From IMG/VR virus record IMGVR_UViG_3300044731_001604, positions 1 through 64,000 of that record: a DNA stretch of 64,000 nucleotides. One strand, given 5' to 3'. The DNA is from a virus. A program made the translations under genes and the position numbers. Below, piece by piece: positions 37,367 to 45,583 of this stretch. The notes under the pieces are model-generated. The model saw only the letters and a program-made list of their open reading frames with translations. It made no database searches and had not been told where the DNA came from. Numbering within the stretch: position 1 is the stretch's first letter; each line of letters starts with the position of its first letter.

Positions 37367-37540
37367 ATGAGGAAAAGAGAGCAGATTGATAACATTTTAT
37401 TTGTTCAATTTACAGATGTGCTTAAAGACTCATTTGGGGACAATGTAAGCATGCCATTTTTTTATAAGATAATGCTGGCATTACAAGGGGAATTAGTTGG
37501 CGAACTTTATAGACAATTAGAATCACAGGTGTTGAGATGA
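37367..37540 (+). CDS. KRxQ-array member 14 (57 aa, not in ORF track)
   Basis: MRKREQIDNI...SQVLR. Confidence 0.75.
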   Translation: MRKREQIDNILFVQFTDVLKDSFGDNVSMPFFYKIMLALQGELVGELYRQLESQVLR

Positions 37541-37734
37541 AGAAACGAGAACAACTGATAACTAACTTATATTTTAAATTTTATAAGAAATATAACGATT
37601 TGCCAAATGAGGAAACTTTTGATATAATCAACGGAGAACTTGGCGATAAGTTAAATAGACAGATTTGGTATCCTGTTCGTGGGGAGTTATTCGATCAACT
37701 TTATTGTCATACTATTAAGAAAGAAGCGAAATGA
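37537..37734 (+). CDS. KRxQ-array member 15
   Basis: MKKREQLI. Confidence 0.75.
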   Translation: MKKREQLITNLYFKFYKKYNDLPNEETFDIINGELGDKLNRQIWYPVRGELFDQLYCHTIKKEAK

Positions 37735-37940
37735 AAAAACGAGTTCAAATACCTGGGCATCTTGGTGACAAATTGTGGGAACAACTGGCTTACACCATGA
37801 GCGGTCAATTAAGATTCAAGCTTAAAATGGTTTTAGCAAACTCTAGTTTAGTTGATGAATATGACACTGCTGCGGCGCATTGCCACCTTAGAAAAAATGT
37901 TTATTGCCACCTTAGATTTAACAGTGGGATTAGAAAATGA
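37731..37940 (+). CDS. KRxQ-array member 16
   Basis: MKKRVQIP. Confidence 0.75.
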   Translation: MKKRVQIPGHLGDKLWEQLAYTMSGQLRFKLKMVLANSSLVDEYDTAAAHCHLRKNVYCHLRFNSGIRK

Positions 37941-38107
37941 GACAACGCGATCAAATATATAGACATTTTTCTTCGCATTTAGATTATGAACTAAAGTGTT
38001 TGTATAGAAATCAATTTGATGAGTGGTTGTTTTATCATATTGGGCGAAACATAGGAAATACTGTCAAGTATGATCTTATTAATTTGCAGGAATTGTTGGG
38101 AAAATGA
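37937..38107 (+). CDS. KRxQ-array member 17 (56 aa, not in ORF track)
   Basis: MRQRDQIY...ELLGK. Confidence 0.72.
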   Translation: MRQRDQIYRHFSSHLDYELKCLYRNQFDEWLFYHIGRNIGNTVKYDLINLQELLGK

Positions 38108-38295
38108 GAAAGCGCGAAGAAATAAGTGTTATAAACAGCATAGACCAGATTTCTAGAAACAAAATGCTTATTCAAGTAGGTACGCCTGTACGTAATCAGA
38201 TTGTTAGCAGATTGCGCGACAATCTTTTAAATGAACTATTAGACCAACTGTATATGCATACGGCTTATTACCTCAATGAGAGGGTGACAAAATGA
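38104..38295 (+). CDS. KRxQ-array member 18
   Basis: MRKREEIS. Confidence 0.75.
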   Translation: MRKREEISVINSIDQISRNKMLIQVGTPVRNQIVSRLRDNLLNELLDQLYMHTAYYLNERVTK

Positions 38296-38489
38296 AAAAA
38301 AGGATTGAGATTGATTCCATGGTTTTTGATAAGATTCAGGAGCATCTTTTTAATTTTTATTTCGATAAGAGAATTGATCGGTCGCTATACAAGAAATTCT
38401 TAGATGATCTTGAGGAATCTGACGCAAACAATTCCGTCAATCTTATAATGTCGGCAGTAATTTGGCGCATTGAAAGGGAAACACTATGA
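38292..38489 (+). CDS. KRxQ-array member 19
   Basis: MKKRIEID. Confidence 0.75.
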   Translation: MKKRIEIDSMVFDKIQEHLFNFYFDKRIDRSLYKKFLDDLEESDANNSVNLIMSAVIWRIERETL

Positions 38490-38683
38490 AAAAACGTGAT
38501 CAAATTAACTATCAACTTTATGAGCTATACTTTGAATTTAATAAACTGTATCCAAAGTTATCATCAACAAATGATTATTACGTAATTAATACTGCAACAA
38601 GAACAGCACTTTATGATATGTTTTACGGTGAAATTAGATGGCATCTTAAAGGTTTTGTGAGAGATTTTAAGGGTTTGTCATGA
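38486..38683 (+). CDS. KRxQ-array member 20
   Basis: MKKRDQIN. Confidence 0.75.
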   Translation: MKKRDQINYQLYELYFEFNKLYPKLSSTNDYYVINTATRTALYDMFYGEIRWHLKGFVRDFKGLS

Positions 38684-38874
38684 TAAAGCGTAAGCAGATT
38701 AACGACAAAGTACATAGTAGACTACTCAAAGTGTGCTTTTCTAAATTAAAATTACCCAACAATGTTTACTTCGCAATTCATGACAGGCTTACTGAAAAAC
38801 TATATGAAATTAGTTGGGGGCAGATTAGAAGCAAGGTTTACGACGAAATACATATGATAAGTAAAGTGAATTAA
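38680..38874 (+). CDS. KRxQ-array member 21
   Basis: MIKRKQIN. Confidence 0.75.
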   Translation: MIKRKQINDKVHSRLLKVCFSKLKLPNNVYFAIHDRLTEKLYEISWGQIRSKVYDEIHMISKVN

Positions 38875-38875
38875 A

Positions 38876-39067
38876 ATGACTAAAAGATATCAATTAACAG
38901 ACAGATTATATACCAGCGTACTAAGAGTATACATGCCGTCCTCTTCTTGGGTATATGACATGCTGCTTGATGAAATTTATAATCCCATTTATTTACAACT
39001 TAGGGATCAACTTAGAGAACACGTTCGCAACAGTATCGAATCGTTAAAGCAAAGTGAACTAAAATGA
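38876..39067 (+). CDS. KRxQ-array member 22
   Basis: MTKRYQLT. Confidence 0.75.
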   Translation: MTKRYQLTDRLYTSVLRVYMPSSSWVYDMLLDEIYNPIYLQLRDQLREHVRNSIESLKQSELK

Positions 39068-39261
39068 TTAAAAGAGAGCAGATCGACAGCCAGATAGATA
39101 TTATATTATATGCATACGTTGATGAACAAATTTATTATCAATTGGATAAGCTTTTTGAAAATTTCTTGAGAGAAGAGCTTGATGACCAATTATATACGGA
39201 GCTTGATATAAATCTTCGTCTTGAGCTGTACAGATATCTAAATAATGGGGTATTAAGATGA
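39064..39261 (+). CDS. KRxQ-array member 23
   Basis: MIKREQID. Confidence 0.75.
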   Translation: MIKREQIDSQIDIILYAYVDEQIYYQLDKLFENFLREELDDQLYTELDINLRLELYRYLNNGVLR

Positions 39262-39443
39262 AGAAGAGAGAATGTTTAGAGATGAAATTAGGTGATAAAC
39301 TAGCTTTCAAATATTATAATGAGTTACAAGATGGCCAACACCATTTAATATACGCTCATGTAAAAAAAACTCTCGTGAAAGAGGTTCACCAAAATGTTAG
39401 AACTCAGCTAAGTGCCTATCTGAGAGCAGAGGTACCAAAGTGA
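39258..39443 (+). CDS. KRxQ-array member 24
   Basis: MKKRECLE. Confidence 0.75.
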   Translation: MKKRECLEMKLGDKLAFKYYNELQDGQHHLIYAHVKKTLVKEVHQNVRTQLSAYLRAEVPK

Positions 39444-39661
39444 TAAAACGCGAGCAGATTGATAGTCATATATATACTTTTATCTATGATGATTTATACA
39501 ATCAGCTATATGGTCAAATTAGCGTCACGTGCGGTAAATGGACATTTGACTATGTTTACAGTAGTTTAACTTTGCAGTATTATAACTTATCATCAGATGG
39601 CCAGTACAGCTCTTTGGTAAACATCGTTTTAACTGATCTAGAGAAAAAGGTGTTGAAATGA
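39440..39661 (+). CDS. KRxQ-array member 25
   Basis: GTG start, MIKREQID. Confidence 0.75.
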   Translation: MIKREQIDSHIYTFIYDDLYNQLYGQISVTCGKWTFDYVYSSLTLQYYNLSSDGQYSSLVNIVLTDLEKKVLK

Positions 39662-39837
39662 GAAAAAGAGAGCAGATTGACAACACATTGGATGACAATA
39701 TAAGAGACATTTTGAATGTCAGCTTGGGCTCTAACTTTAGAAATCAAATGTTTTCACGTATTTATAGAAATGTTAGCGCAAGGGCTGATCTGCTACATTT
39801 TATATATTACTATATAAGTACACAAAAGGTTAAATAA
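39658..39837 (+). CDS. KRxQ-array member 26 (59 aa, not in ORF track)
   Basis: MRKREQIDNT...TQKVK. Confidence 0.75.
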   Translation: MRKREQIDNTLDDNIRDILNVSLGSNFRNQMFSRIYRNVSARADLLHFIYYYISTQKVK

Positions 39838-40037
39838 TGAGGAAAAGAGTACAGATAGACAGACAAATTAATGAGAATCTCAGAGACCCTTTTTACGTAA
39901 AGCTTAGTAATCAATTTAATTATTATGCTTACAATGACATTAGGTCTAACCTATACCCAGAACTTTTCTTGATTGTATACGATCAATTATATAATAATAT
40001 ATATTATGTCATGAGAGAATTGGTAGTGTCAAAATGA
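39837..40037 (+). CDS. KRxQ-array member 27
   Basis: MRKRVQID. Confidence 0.75.
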   Translation: MRKRVQIDRQINENLRDPFYVKLSNQFNYYAYNDIRSNLYPELFLIVYDQLYNNIYYVMRELVVSK

Positions 40038-40279
40038 AAAAGCGAGATCGGTTACTAGATAACACAATGAGTCGGTTAATAGATCTTTTAGAAGACAGGC
40101 TTGAGAATAAGATAGTGGATTATTTGGGTTGTCAGTTAGATGATAAGTTATATTATGAGTTTAGAAGTGAGTTAAGAATTAAGTTTTATGATCGGTTAGT
40201 AGATCAAATGAATAATCAACTAAGACATCATTTAAGGACGCAAGTATATGGAGTCGAGAGAAAACATAGAAATATTTGA
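40034..40279 (+). CDS. KRxQ-array member 28 (degenerate 4-residue periodicity)
   Basis: MKKRDRLL; hydrophobic residue every 4 aa. Confidence 0.75.
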   Translation: MKKRDRLLDNTMSRLIDLLEDRLENKIVDYLGCQLDDKLYYEFRSELRIKFYDRLVDQMNNQLRHHLRTQVYGVERKHRNI

Positions 40280-40427
40280 TTATACTCGTATAATAATGAG
40301 ATCGTCATATTTTTCTTCTAACAAAATTATATTTGAAACAGATCAAAAGCTCATGTGTATGCTAATTCCATTTTTTCTAGAAATGAGGCAGCAAATCAGG
40401 GAGCATATTACGGGCAATTGCAAATGA
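40248..40427 (+). CDS. KRxQ-array member 29 (59 aa, divergent tag, not in ORF track)
   Basis: MESRENIE...TGNCK; ATGA overlap with member 30. Confidence 0.6.
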   Translation: MESRENIEIFDYTRIIMRSSYFSSNKIIFETDQKLMCMLIPFFLEMRQQIREHITGNCK

Positions 40428-40603
40428 AGAAACGTAAACAGATTTTCTTGAAGGAATATAACCGCGTATTTACTAAAATGGGTATGCCACTTCCGTCTTC
40501 AGTTGAAGAGGCGGTAGAAACTCAGTTAAAAGATAAGCTTAGGGATGAATTGTTACACCAACTTAGGCTTCACGTTAAAACCCATTTAATGGAAATGAAA
40601 TGA
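40424..40603 (+). CDS. KRxQ-array member 30
   Basis: MKKRKQIF; internal ATG of track ORF 40355..40603. Confidence 0.75.
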   Translation: MKKRKQIFLKEYNRVFTKMGMPLPSSVEEAVETQLKDKLRDELLHQLRLHVKTHLMEMK

Positions 40604-40794
40604 TTAAAAGAAAAATGATACAATACAATTTTAAGACTTTGTTCCACGATTGCCTGTATTCTCAACTTGAGCCAATATTGTATCATAGGCTAAGAGACAG
40701 CTTAAACCATAAGCTTCAGCACTATACGCATAACCCACTTAAGATAGAGCTTTACTATCACATGAATGAAAAGAAAAGCTCCAATTCTAATTAA
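40600..40794 (+). CDS. KRxQ-array member 31
   Basis: MIKRKMIQ. Confidence 0.75.
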   Translation: MIKRKMIQYNFKTLFHDCLYSQLEPILYHRLRDSLNHKLQHYTHNPLKIELYYHMNEKKSSNSN

Positions 40795-43700
40795 GCAACA
40801 CCAACTGGTTGATATTCAACAGAAATTGCCCATTGAATAGTCGCACCACTAGTACCATAAACAACCGCAACAACATCATTACCTGAAAGAGCAAATGTAA
40901 TTGCATAGTCGCTACCATCGCCATCATATCCATTGATGTTTGAGATAGGGCTTCCAGCAGCTTGAGCCGTTCCACCTGATCTGTAGAAAGTTCCCTCTAA
41001 AGCAAATGAACTAACACCGAGTGGGCCATCGCTTCTTCTAGCAACTGCATTAACTTTAATTCTATAAGAATAGTTATCAGATAAAGTAACTTCAGATCCG
41101 CTAATGATTGTACCAGTAGCTCCAACAACAACTTGCGCAGCAGTTTTTCTAGTTACCGCTGAGTCTGGATGAGATGAATGAGTTTTAAGTTTCTCTACAC
41201 CAGTCCAAACTTCTTTTGGTTTATTGTTTTCTCTACCGATTACAAAGCTTTGGTCTGTAGATTCATTGAATATTCCACCAAGCGCACTTGTTCCGCCAGC
41301 GATTGCAATTGAACCTCTGTTAATGAAACTTGTTTCGCCACCGTTTACGTTTGAAGCAGTTATATTAACCGGTCTTCCTGGGGAAGTTTGAATATCAGCG
41401 CCAGTATTATAAGCCGCTTGTAAACTGATGTCAGCAGATTTAGCTGCTAATACAGATCCATAAGAAGCCATGGCTCTGAAACGGAGTCTAGTATTAGGTG
41501 GTAAAGTACGCTTAAGTCTGATCTTAGCTTTTGGGCCACCAAACGTTTCAACGTAATCGTAACCAGCTTCTCTGATTCCATCATTAACAATAACTAAAAG
41601 CTCTTCGCCAGTTAAGCTCAACTCAGTTGTTTGTTTATAAACTGAATGTGCTCCGTAAGTACCGATACCGCCAGCAGAAAGAACTTCTGTACGTTTATTC
41701 GGTGGAAGAACTAATTCTGTTCCAGTATCACCAAGTGGTGCTGGATCTCCATAAAGTGATACGCCAGCAAAAGGACCATCACCTGGGTTATTCACGGTTC
41801 CTACCATATTGCCGTTTTGGTAAATGCTTGTACCATCAGCAAAGGTACCATTAACTATGTTAATGACAATTGAATTACTACCTTGTAGACCGCCCGGCAT
41901 AACGATAGAAGCAGATTCTATTGTTTCAGTTACATCGGCACTTCCGTGAAGAACCCAGGCTAGGGAGGTGGGACTTTCGATTGAACCTTGGTAGATGTAA
42001 CTGCCTGAGCGTATAATATCTCCGCCAAAATTTGGCGTAAAATCCATTTTTTGTATATAGACAGACTCATCGTATACTGGTCTCTTAAGAGCAGTATTGA
42101 TGCTCCCAACATTCCTGTCCTGTTTTCTATGTGCCAAAGTCAAATTGTCTTGGTCTTCAATGTGCTGATTAACTTGGTAATAAGCCAAAGTATCACTAAC
42201 ACTTAAAGCTGAAATATTTTGATCAACTATAACTGTAATAGACGACAATGGGAATTTAACTGTGTAATAATGGTGATTTCCACTTAAGTCAATAAACTCA
42301 AGCTTATCACCAGTTTGATAACCTAAAAGGTTTGAAGCACTCAAAGTAATCATTTGAGTTTTAGCGTCTAATGCTATAACCTCAACTTGAGATTTATAGA
42401 TGTAAGATCCGCTAGCATCTGCAATACTGTAGTTTGGATTAACTGCAGATTCAGTCATCGCACCAGTGTAAACTAAGTGGTTTGAACCTTGGTTATCGTT
42501 AACCTGTCTTACTTCACCTGGCTCCATCTCTAAAGATCTGAAGTAAACTTTAGCAGAATTATTGTTATCTCTACGTAATGCAAACCAGTAGATATCTGAA
42601 GAGTTTTCAACTAGATAATGCTTAGTAACAAAAACGTCAGAGTAAACACCTTTAGTATAAACCATAGCGCCAGTGTTAGCTGGTCTGTGTACTGTGCTAG
42701 GTGCTTGGCCATCGTTTCCGACTAAGATCATAGATGATGTTGAGATGCTGCCAATTTTTAACCAATGAGAATCTTCTTCATTAGCAAACTTAACAAAGTC
42801 TCCTACTTCTAATAGATTACCGCTGATATCTAAGAAGTTACCAGCAATTGTAGCACTTCCGCCCAATGTACTGTAAACAACACCATTAGAGATTGGTTGA
42901 TTTCTTTCTAACTTAACAAAAGCAACTTCGCCATCTTCCAAGAAAGCTGTGCCAGTTACGCCACTTGTGTTAAACTTGTTAGCTTCAGGTGAAGATCCAG
43001 TAGTATCTACTGTAGCAGTTTGTGGAATAGTGATAGCTAAATCACCGACAACAGACTTAACAACCATGTCACCAGTCCATTGAACCGGACCTGCGTATGG
43101 ATTATTGTCGAAATTTAAGAATACATTTTGGATACCAGTGTTAGTGAAATCAGTTCCGCTTGGGATCTCAGTAGTGCTAGTTAATTTAAATGATGTAGCA
43201 TCAATGTAAGTTAACGTAACTAGCTTATATGCTTTAATAAAAGGAGATAAATTTGAATCGCCATGAATAACAACTGTAGTTGATGGGTTAGAAACTAAAC
43301 CATGATCAACAGTAGTAGTTACTTTAACTTCAGTAGCAGAAAGCTTTTGGATAGAAACAATTCTATTTGGATTAGCTACAGTAGTTTCAGCAACAACTGT
43401 ATCAAAACAGATATCACCACTAGCACTGAATAATTCAGGTAATGCGCTATCTTGTCCAACTGTGTATTGAGCTTTATCGCCAGCGATACAGAAAATTGCT
43501 TGATTAGTTGTATTGTAAGTATTTGAAATAGCGCCAGTAACAGTTGTAATAACTTTGTGGAAAGCTATCTCAGCGTAACCGCCAGTATTAATTTGTGTAA
43601 TTGCTGGATATCCTAGATCAACTGTGATATCTTCACTTACCCCAATGCTTTCAATAGTTTTAATACCGCTAGCTTCTCTATTAGGAGCGCCGATAACTAC

Positions 43701-45542
43701 TAAGTCAGATAATAAAACAACTTGTTTAGCAATAAAGCTAGTGCCAGATGGTAAGGCAACTATAGTAGATGAGATAAATAAAGTATTTGTAGCAACATTA
43801 ATATCTAAGATGTAAGCATAACCGCCAGTGATGTTTGCATCAGTAATTTTCATACCGTTTTCAAATGAAGAGATATTACCAGAAGTTACTGCTATATAGT
43901 TAGCGCCACCAACAAAAACAGTTGTACCTGTAACTGGAGCTTTAAACGTATTTCTTGGAATAGTTAAAACAGCAAAGCCAGGGGTTGCATCCATAGTAGC
44001 ATTTGTGATTTCTAACGGTGAAGTAAATGGATGTCTAACTGTTTGATCAGTTAAATCAACGCCATTGGTACCGCTTACAGTTGCTACACCGCTTTGTTGT
44101 TTATTAACAGCATAAGTTAAAACATTGCCTTGGATCTTTAAAATTCTGTGTGTTCCAGTAGCTGAATCATCTGCTGCAGAAATGCCAGAAACTTTAATGA
44201 ATTGACCAGGCGCGAAGTTGGCGATGTTAGAAACATTGATACTAATTAAAGAAAACGAAAAATCTGATACAGAGTTAGTTACGTTCTCATAACTCCAGCT
44301 ATTGATATTACCAGCAGTAGTGCTAGATGATTTTCTTTGTAAAGTACCAAGTCTAGCTGTGTTATGTGGCTCATCAATTAAAAGCCAGCTAGCAGAAGAT
44401 GGTCTAAACTTGCGTCTGAATCTTAAGCTCTCTGAATAAACAAAACCAGCAGAAGTCAATGAGTTAATTAAGGTGCTGTTATTATTAAATGAAGTAACTG
44501 TAGCTTTAACACCAGAAGTAGCACCCTCAACATACGCATCACCAGATAAAACAGTTGAATCAGTGAATGATGACTGATAGTTACCATCAGTTGGAGTAGT
44601 AGTCTCTAAAACTAAGTTGTAAGAAATAGCGCCAGAACCAGTTAAAACTGATCCAACAGAATCCCACCAAACGCTATTAATAGTTGGTGAACCAGAACCT
44701 GCAACAGAGTTTGTATACCAGTAGTTTGACCCAGTTATCTCTTTTAATCGGGTCATGATGCTATCCATCCAATCCTTAAGATTTTTGATAGCAAAATCAC
44801 CGTAGTCAAAAGCTTGAACGTCTTTACCAGGAGTTACAGAAACTGGATTAGCTCCAACAACGTCTGAAGTCCATTCTTTTCTTCCATCTAATGTTTGGGT
44901 ATTTGTTAAGTTGCCCCAGTTGAAAGAATTAGCTGGATCTGGGTTAGCTCCACCAGAACCTAAACGAAATAAGTTTTGAGTTGCTTTTGTAATAGAAGAA
45001 ACTTTACCGTTAACATCAGTATAAACTATGTATAGAGGTAAATAAGTACTGAAACCAATTGGAGAAATAATATAACGGTATTCTAATACTTTACCGATAG
45101 CTGTGCTTCTTTGGTATTCTAATTTTTGAGATGCAGACCATCCGCTCATTGCGTCGATAGTCGAAGTATCTGTAACGCGTCTGTAATCCAAAGAGACATA
45201 GTTCGCAACACCTGATTGGAATGAACCGATAACTTTATTATTGCTTGAATCTAAGATATCGTTTGCAGTTCCAGCAGGTACGGTCAAGATTGTTCCAGAT
45301 TCAGATGCAGTTGAATGTAAGATTGCTGAATCAGAAACTTCTATTTCAAGGTTAGTTGCAGCAATTGCATTTTGAGGAATTTTTATTCTGAATCCTCTGA
45401 TAAGATAAGGTTTATTTAAACCAGTTACCATACCTCGGATAAAAGAATCAAAATCATATGCAACCGAAGACTCGATGCTCTTTACATGAGAAACATCTAA
45501 TCTTGCACCACTAAAAAAATTTAGTCTACGTTTTACGCTCAC
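40791..45542 (-). CDS. large baseplate/fibre-attachment structural protein (1583 aa)
   Basis: position after wedge genes; beta-rich; VTTTVDHGL-type repeats; SLQAAYNTG motif; GTG start with GAGG RBS. Confidence 0.7.
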   Translation of the reverse strand: MSVKRRLNFFSGARLDVSHVKSIESSVAYDFDSFIRGMVTGLNKPYLIRGFRIKIPQNAIAATNLEIEVSDSAILHSTASESGTILTVPAGTANDILDSSNNKVIGSFQSGVANYVSLDYRRVTDTSTIDAMSGWSASQKLEYQRSTAIGKVLEYRYIISPIGFSTYLPLYIVYTDVNGKVSSITKATQNLFRLGSGGANPDPANSFNWGNLTNTQTLDGRKEWTSDVVGANPVSVTPGKDVQAFDYGDFAIKNLKDWMDSIMTRLKEITGSNYWYTNSVAGSGSPTINSVWWDSVGSVLTGSGAISYNLVLETTTPTDGNYQSSFTDSTVLSGDAYVEGATSGVKATVTSFNNNSTLINSLTSAGFVYSESLRFRRKFRPSSASWLLIDEPHNTARLGTLQRKSSSTTAGNINSWSYENVTNSVSDFSFSLISINVSNIANFAPGQFIKVSGISAADDSATGTHRILKIQGNVLTYAVNKQQSGVATVSGTNGVDLTDQTVRHPFTSPLEITNATMDATPGFAVLTIPRNTFKAPVTGTTVFVGGANYIAVTSGNISSFENGMKITDANITGGYAYILDINVATNTLFISSTIVALPSGTSFIAKQVVLLSDLVVIGAPNREASGIKTIESIGVSEDITVDLGYPAITQINTGGYAEIAFHKVITTVTGAISNTYNTTNQAIFCIAGDKAQYTVGQDSALPELFSASGDICFDTVVAETTVANPNRIVSIQKLSATEVKVTTTVDHGLVSNPSTTVVIHGDSNLSPFIKAYKLVTLTYIDATSFKLTSTTEIPSGTDFTNTGIQNVFLNFDNNPYAGPVQWTGDMVVKSVVGDLAITIPQTATVDTTGSSPEANKFNTSGVTGTAFLEDGEVAFVKLERNQPISNGVVYSTLGGSATIAGNFLDISGNLLEVGDFVKFANEEDSHWLKIGSISTSSMILVGNDGQAPSTVHRPANTGAMVYTKGVYSDVFVTKHYLVENSSDIYWFALRRDNNNSAKVYFRSLEMEPGEVRQVNDNQGSNHLVYTGAMTESAVNPNYSIADASGSYIYKSQVEVIALDAKTQMITLSASNLLGYQTGDKLEFIDLSGNHHYYTVKFPLSSITVIVDQNISALSVSDTLAYYQVNQHIEDQDNLTLAHRKQDRNVGSINTALKRPVYDESVYIQKMDFTPNFGGDIIRSGSYIYQGSIESPTSLAWVLHGSADVTETIESASIVMPGGLQGSNSIVINIVNGTFADGTSIYQNGNMVGTVNNPGDGPFAGVSLYGDPAPLGDTGTELVLPPNKRTEVLSAGGIGTYGAHSVYKQTTELSLTGEELLVIVNDGIREAGYDYVETFGGPKAKIRLKRTLPPNTRLRFRAMASYGSVLAAKSADISLQAAYNTGADIQTSPGRPVNITASNVNGGETSFINRGSIAIAGGTSALGGIFNESTDQSFVIGRENNKPKEVWTGVEKLKTHSSHPDSAVTRKTAAQVVVGATGTIISGSEVTLSDNYSYRIKVNAVARRSDGPLGVSSFALEGTFYRSGGTAQAAGSPISNINGYDGDGSDYAITFALSGNDVVAVVYGTSGATIQWAISVEYQPVGVA

Positions 45543-45571
45543 GGCAATACCTCGAATTTTATGTATCTATA

Positions 45572-45583
45572 AGATTAGGCTAA
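45572..45583 (-). promoter_or_regulatory. putative phage late promoter motif
   Basis: TTAGCCTAATCT on - strand, overlapping the upstream TAG stop. Confidence 0.55.

Larger units (their letters stand above)
34866..40794 (+). repeat. tandem array of 31 paralogous small genes with N-terminal M[KRI]KRxQ[IL] tag
   Basis: 31 contiguous ORFs of 56-82 aa, about 190-bp period, conserved start region. Confidence 0.9.

Noticed and set aside
34866-40794. CRISPR array, integron cassette array or DGR explanation for the small-gene array
   Set aside because: The junction repeats are degenerate and coding, units are about 190 bp, and there are no palindromic attC-like sites or intergenic space. No cas, integrase or reverse transcriptase gene is in the window, and I saw no template/variable repeat pair with adenine-specific differences.
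34866-40794. One long gene fragmented by stop-codon recoding
   Set aside because: Successive ORFs change frame and each has its own start and tag; TAA, TAG and TGA all terminate long genes elsewhere in the window.
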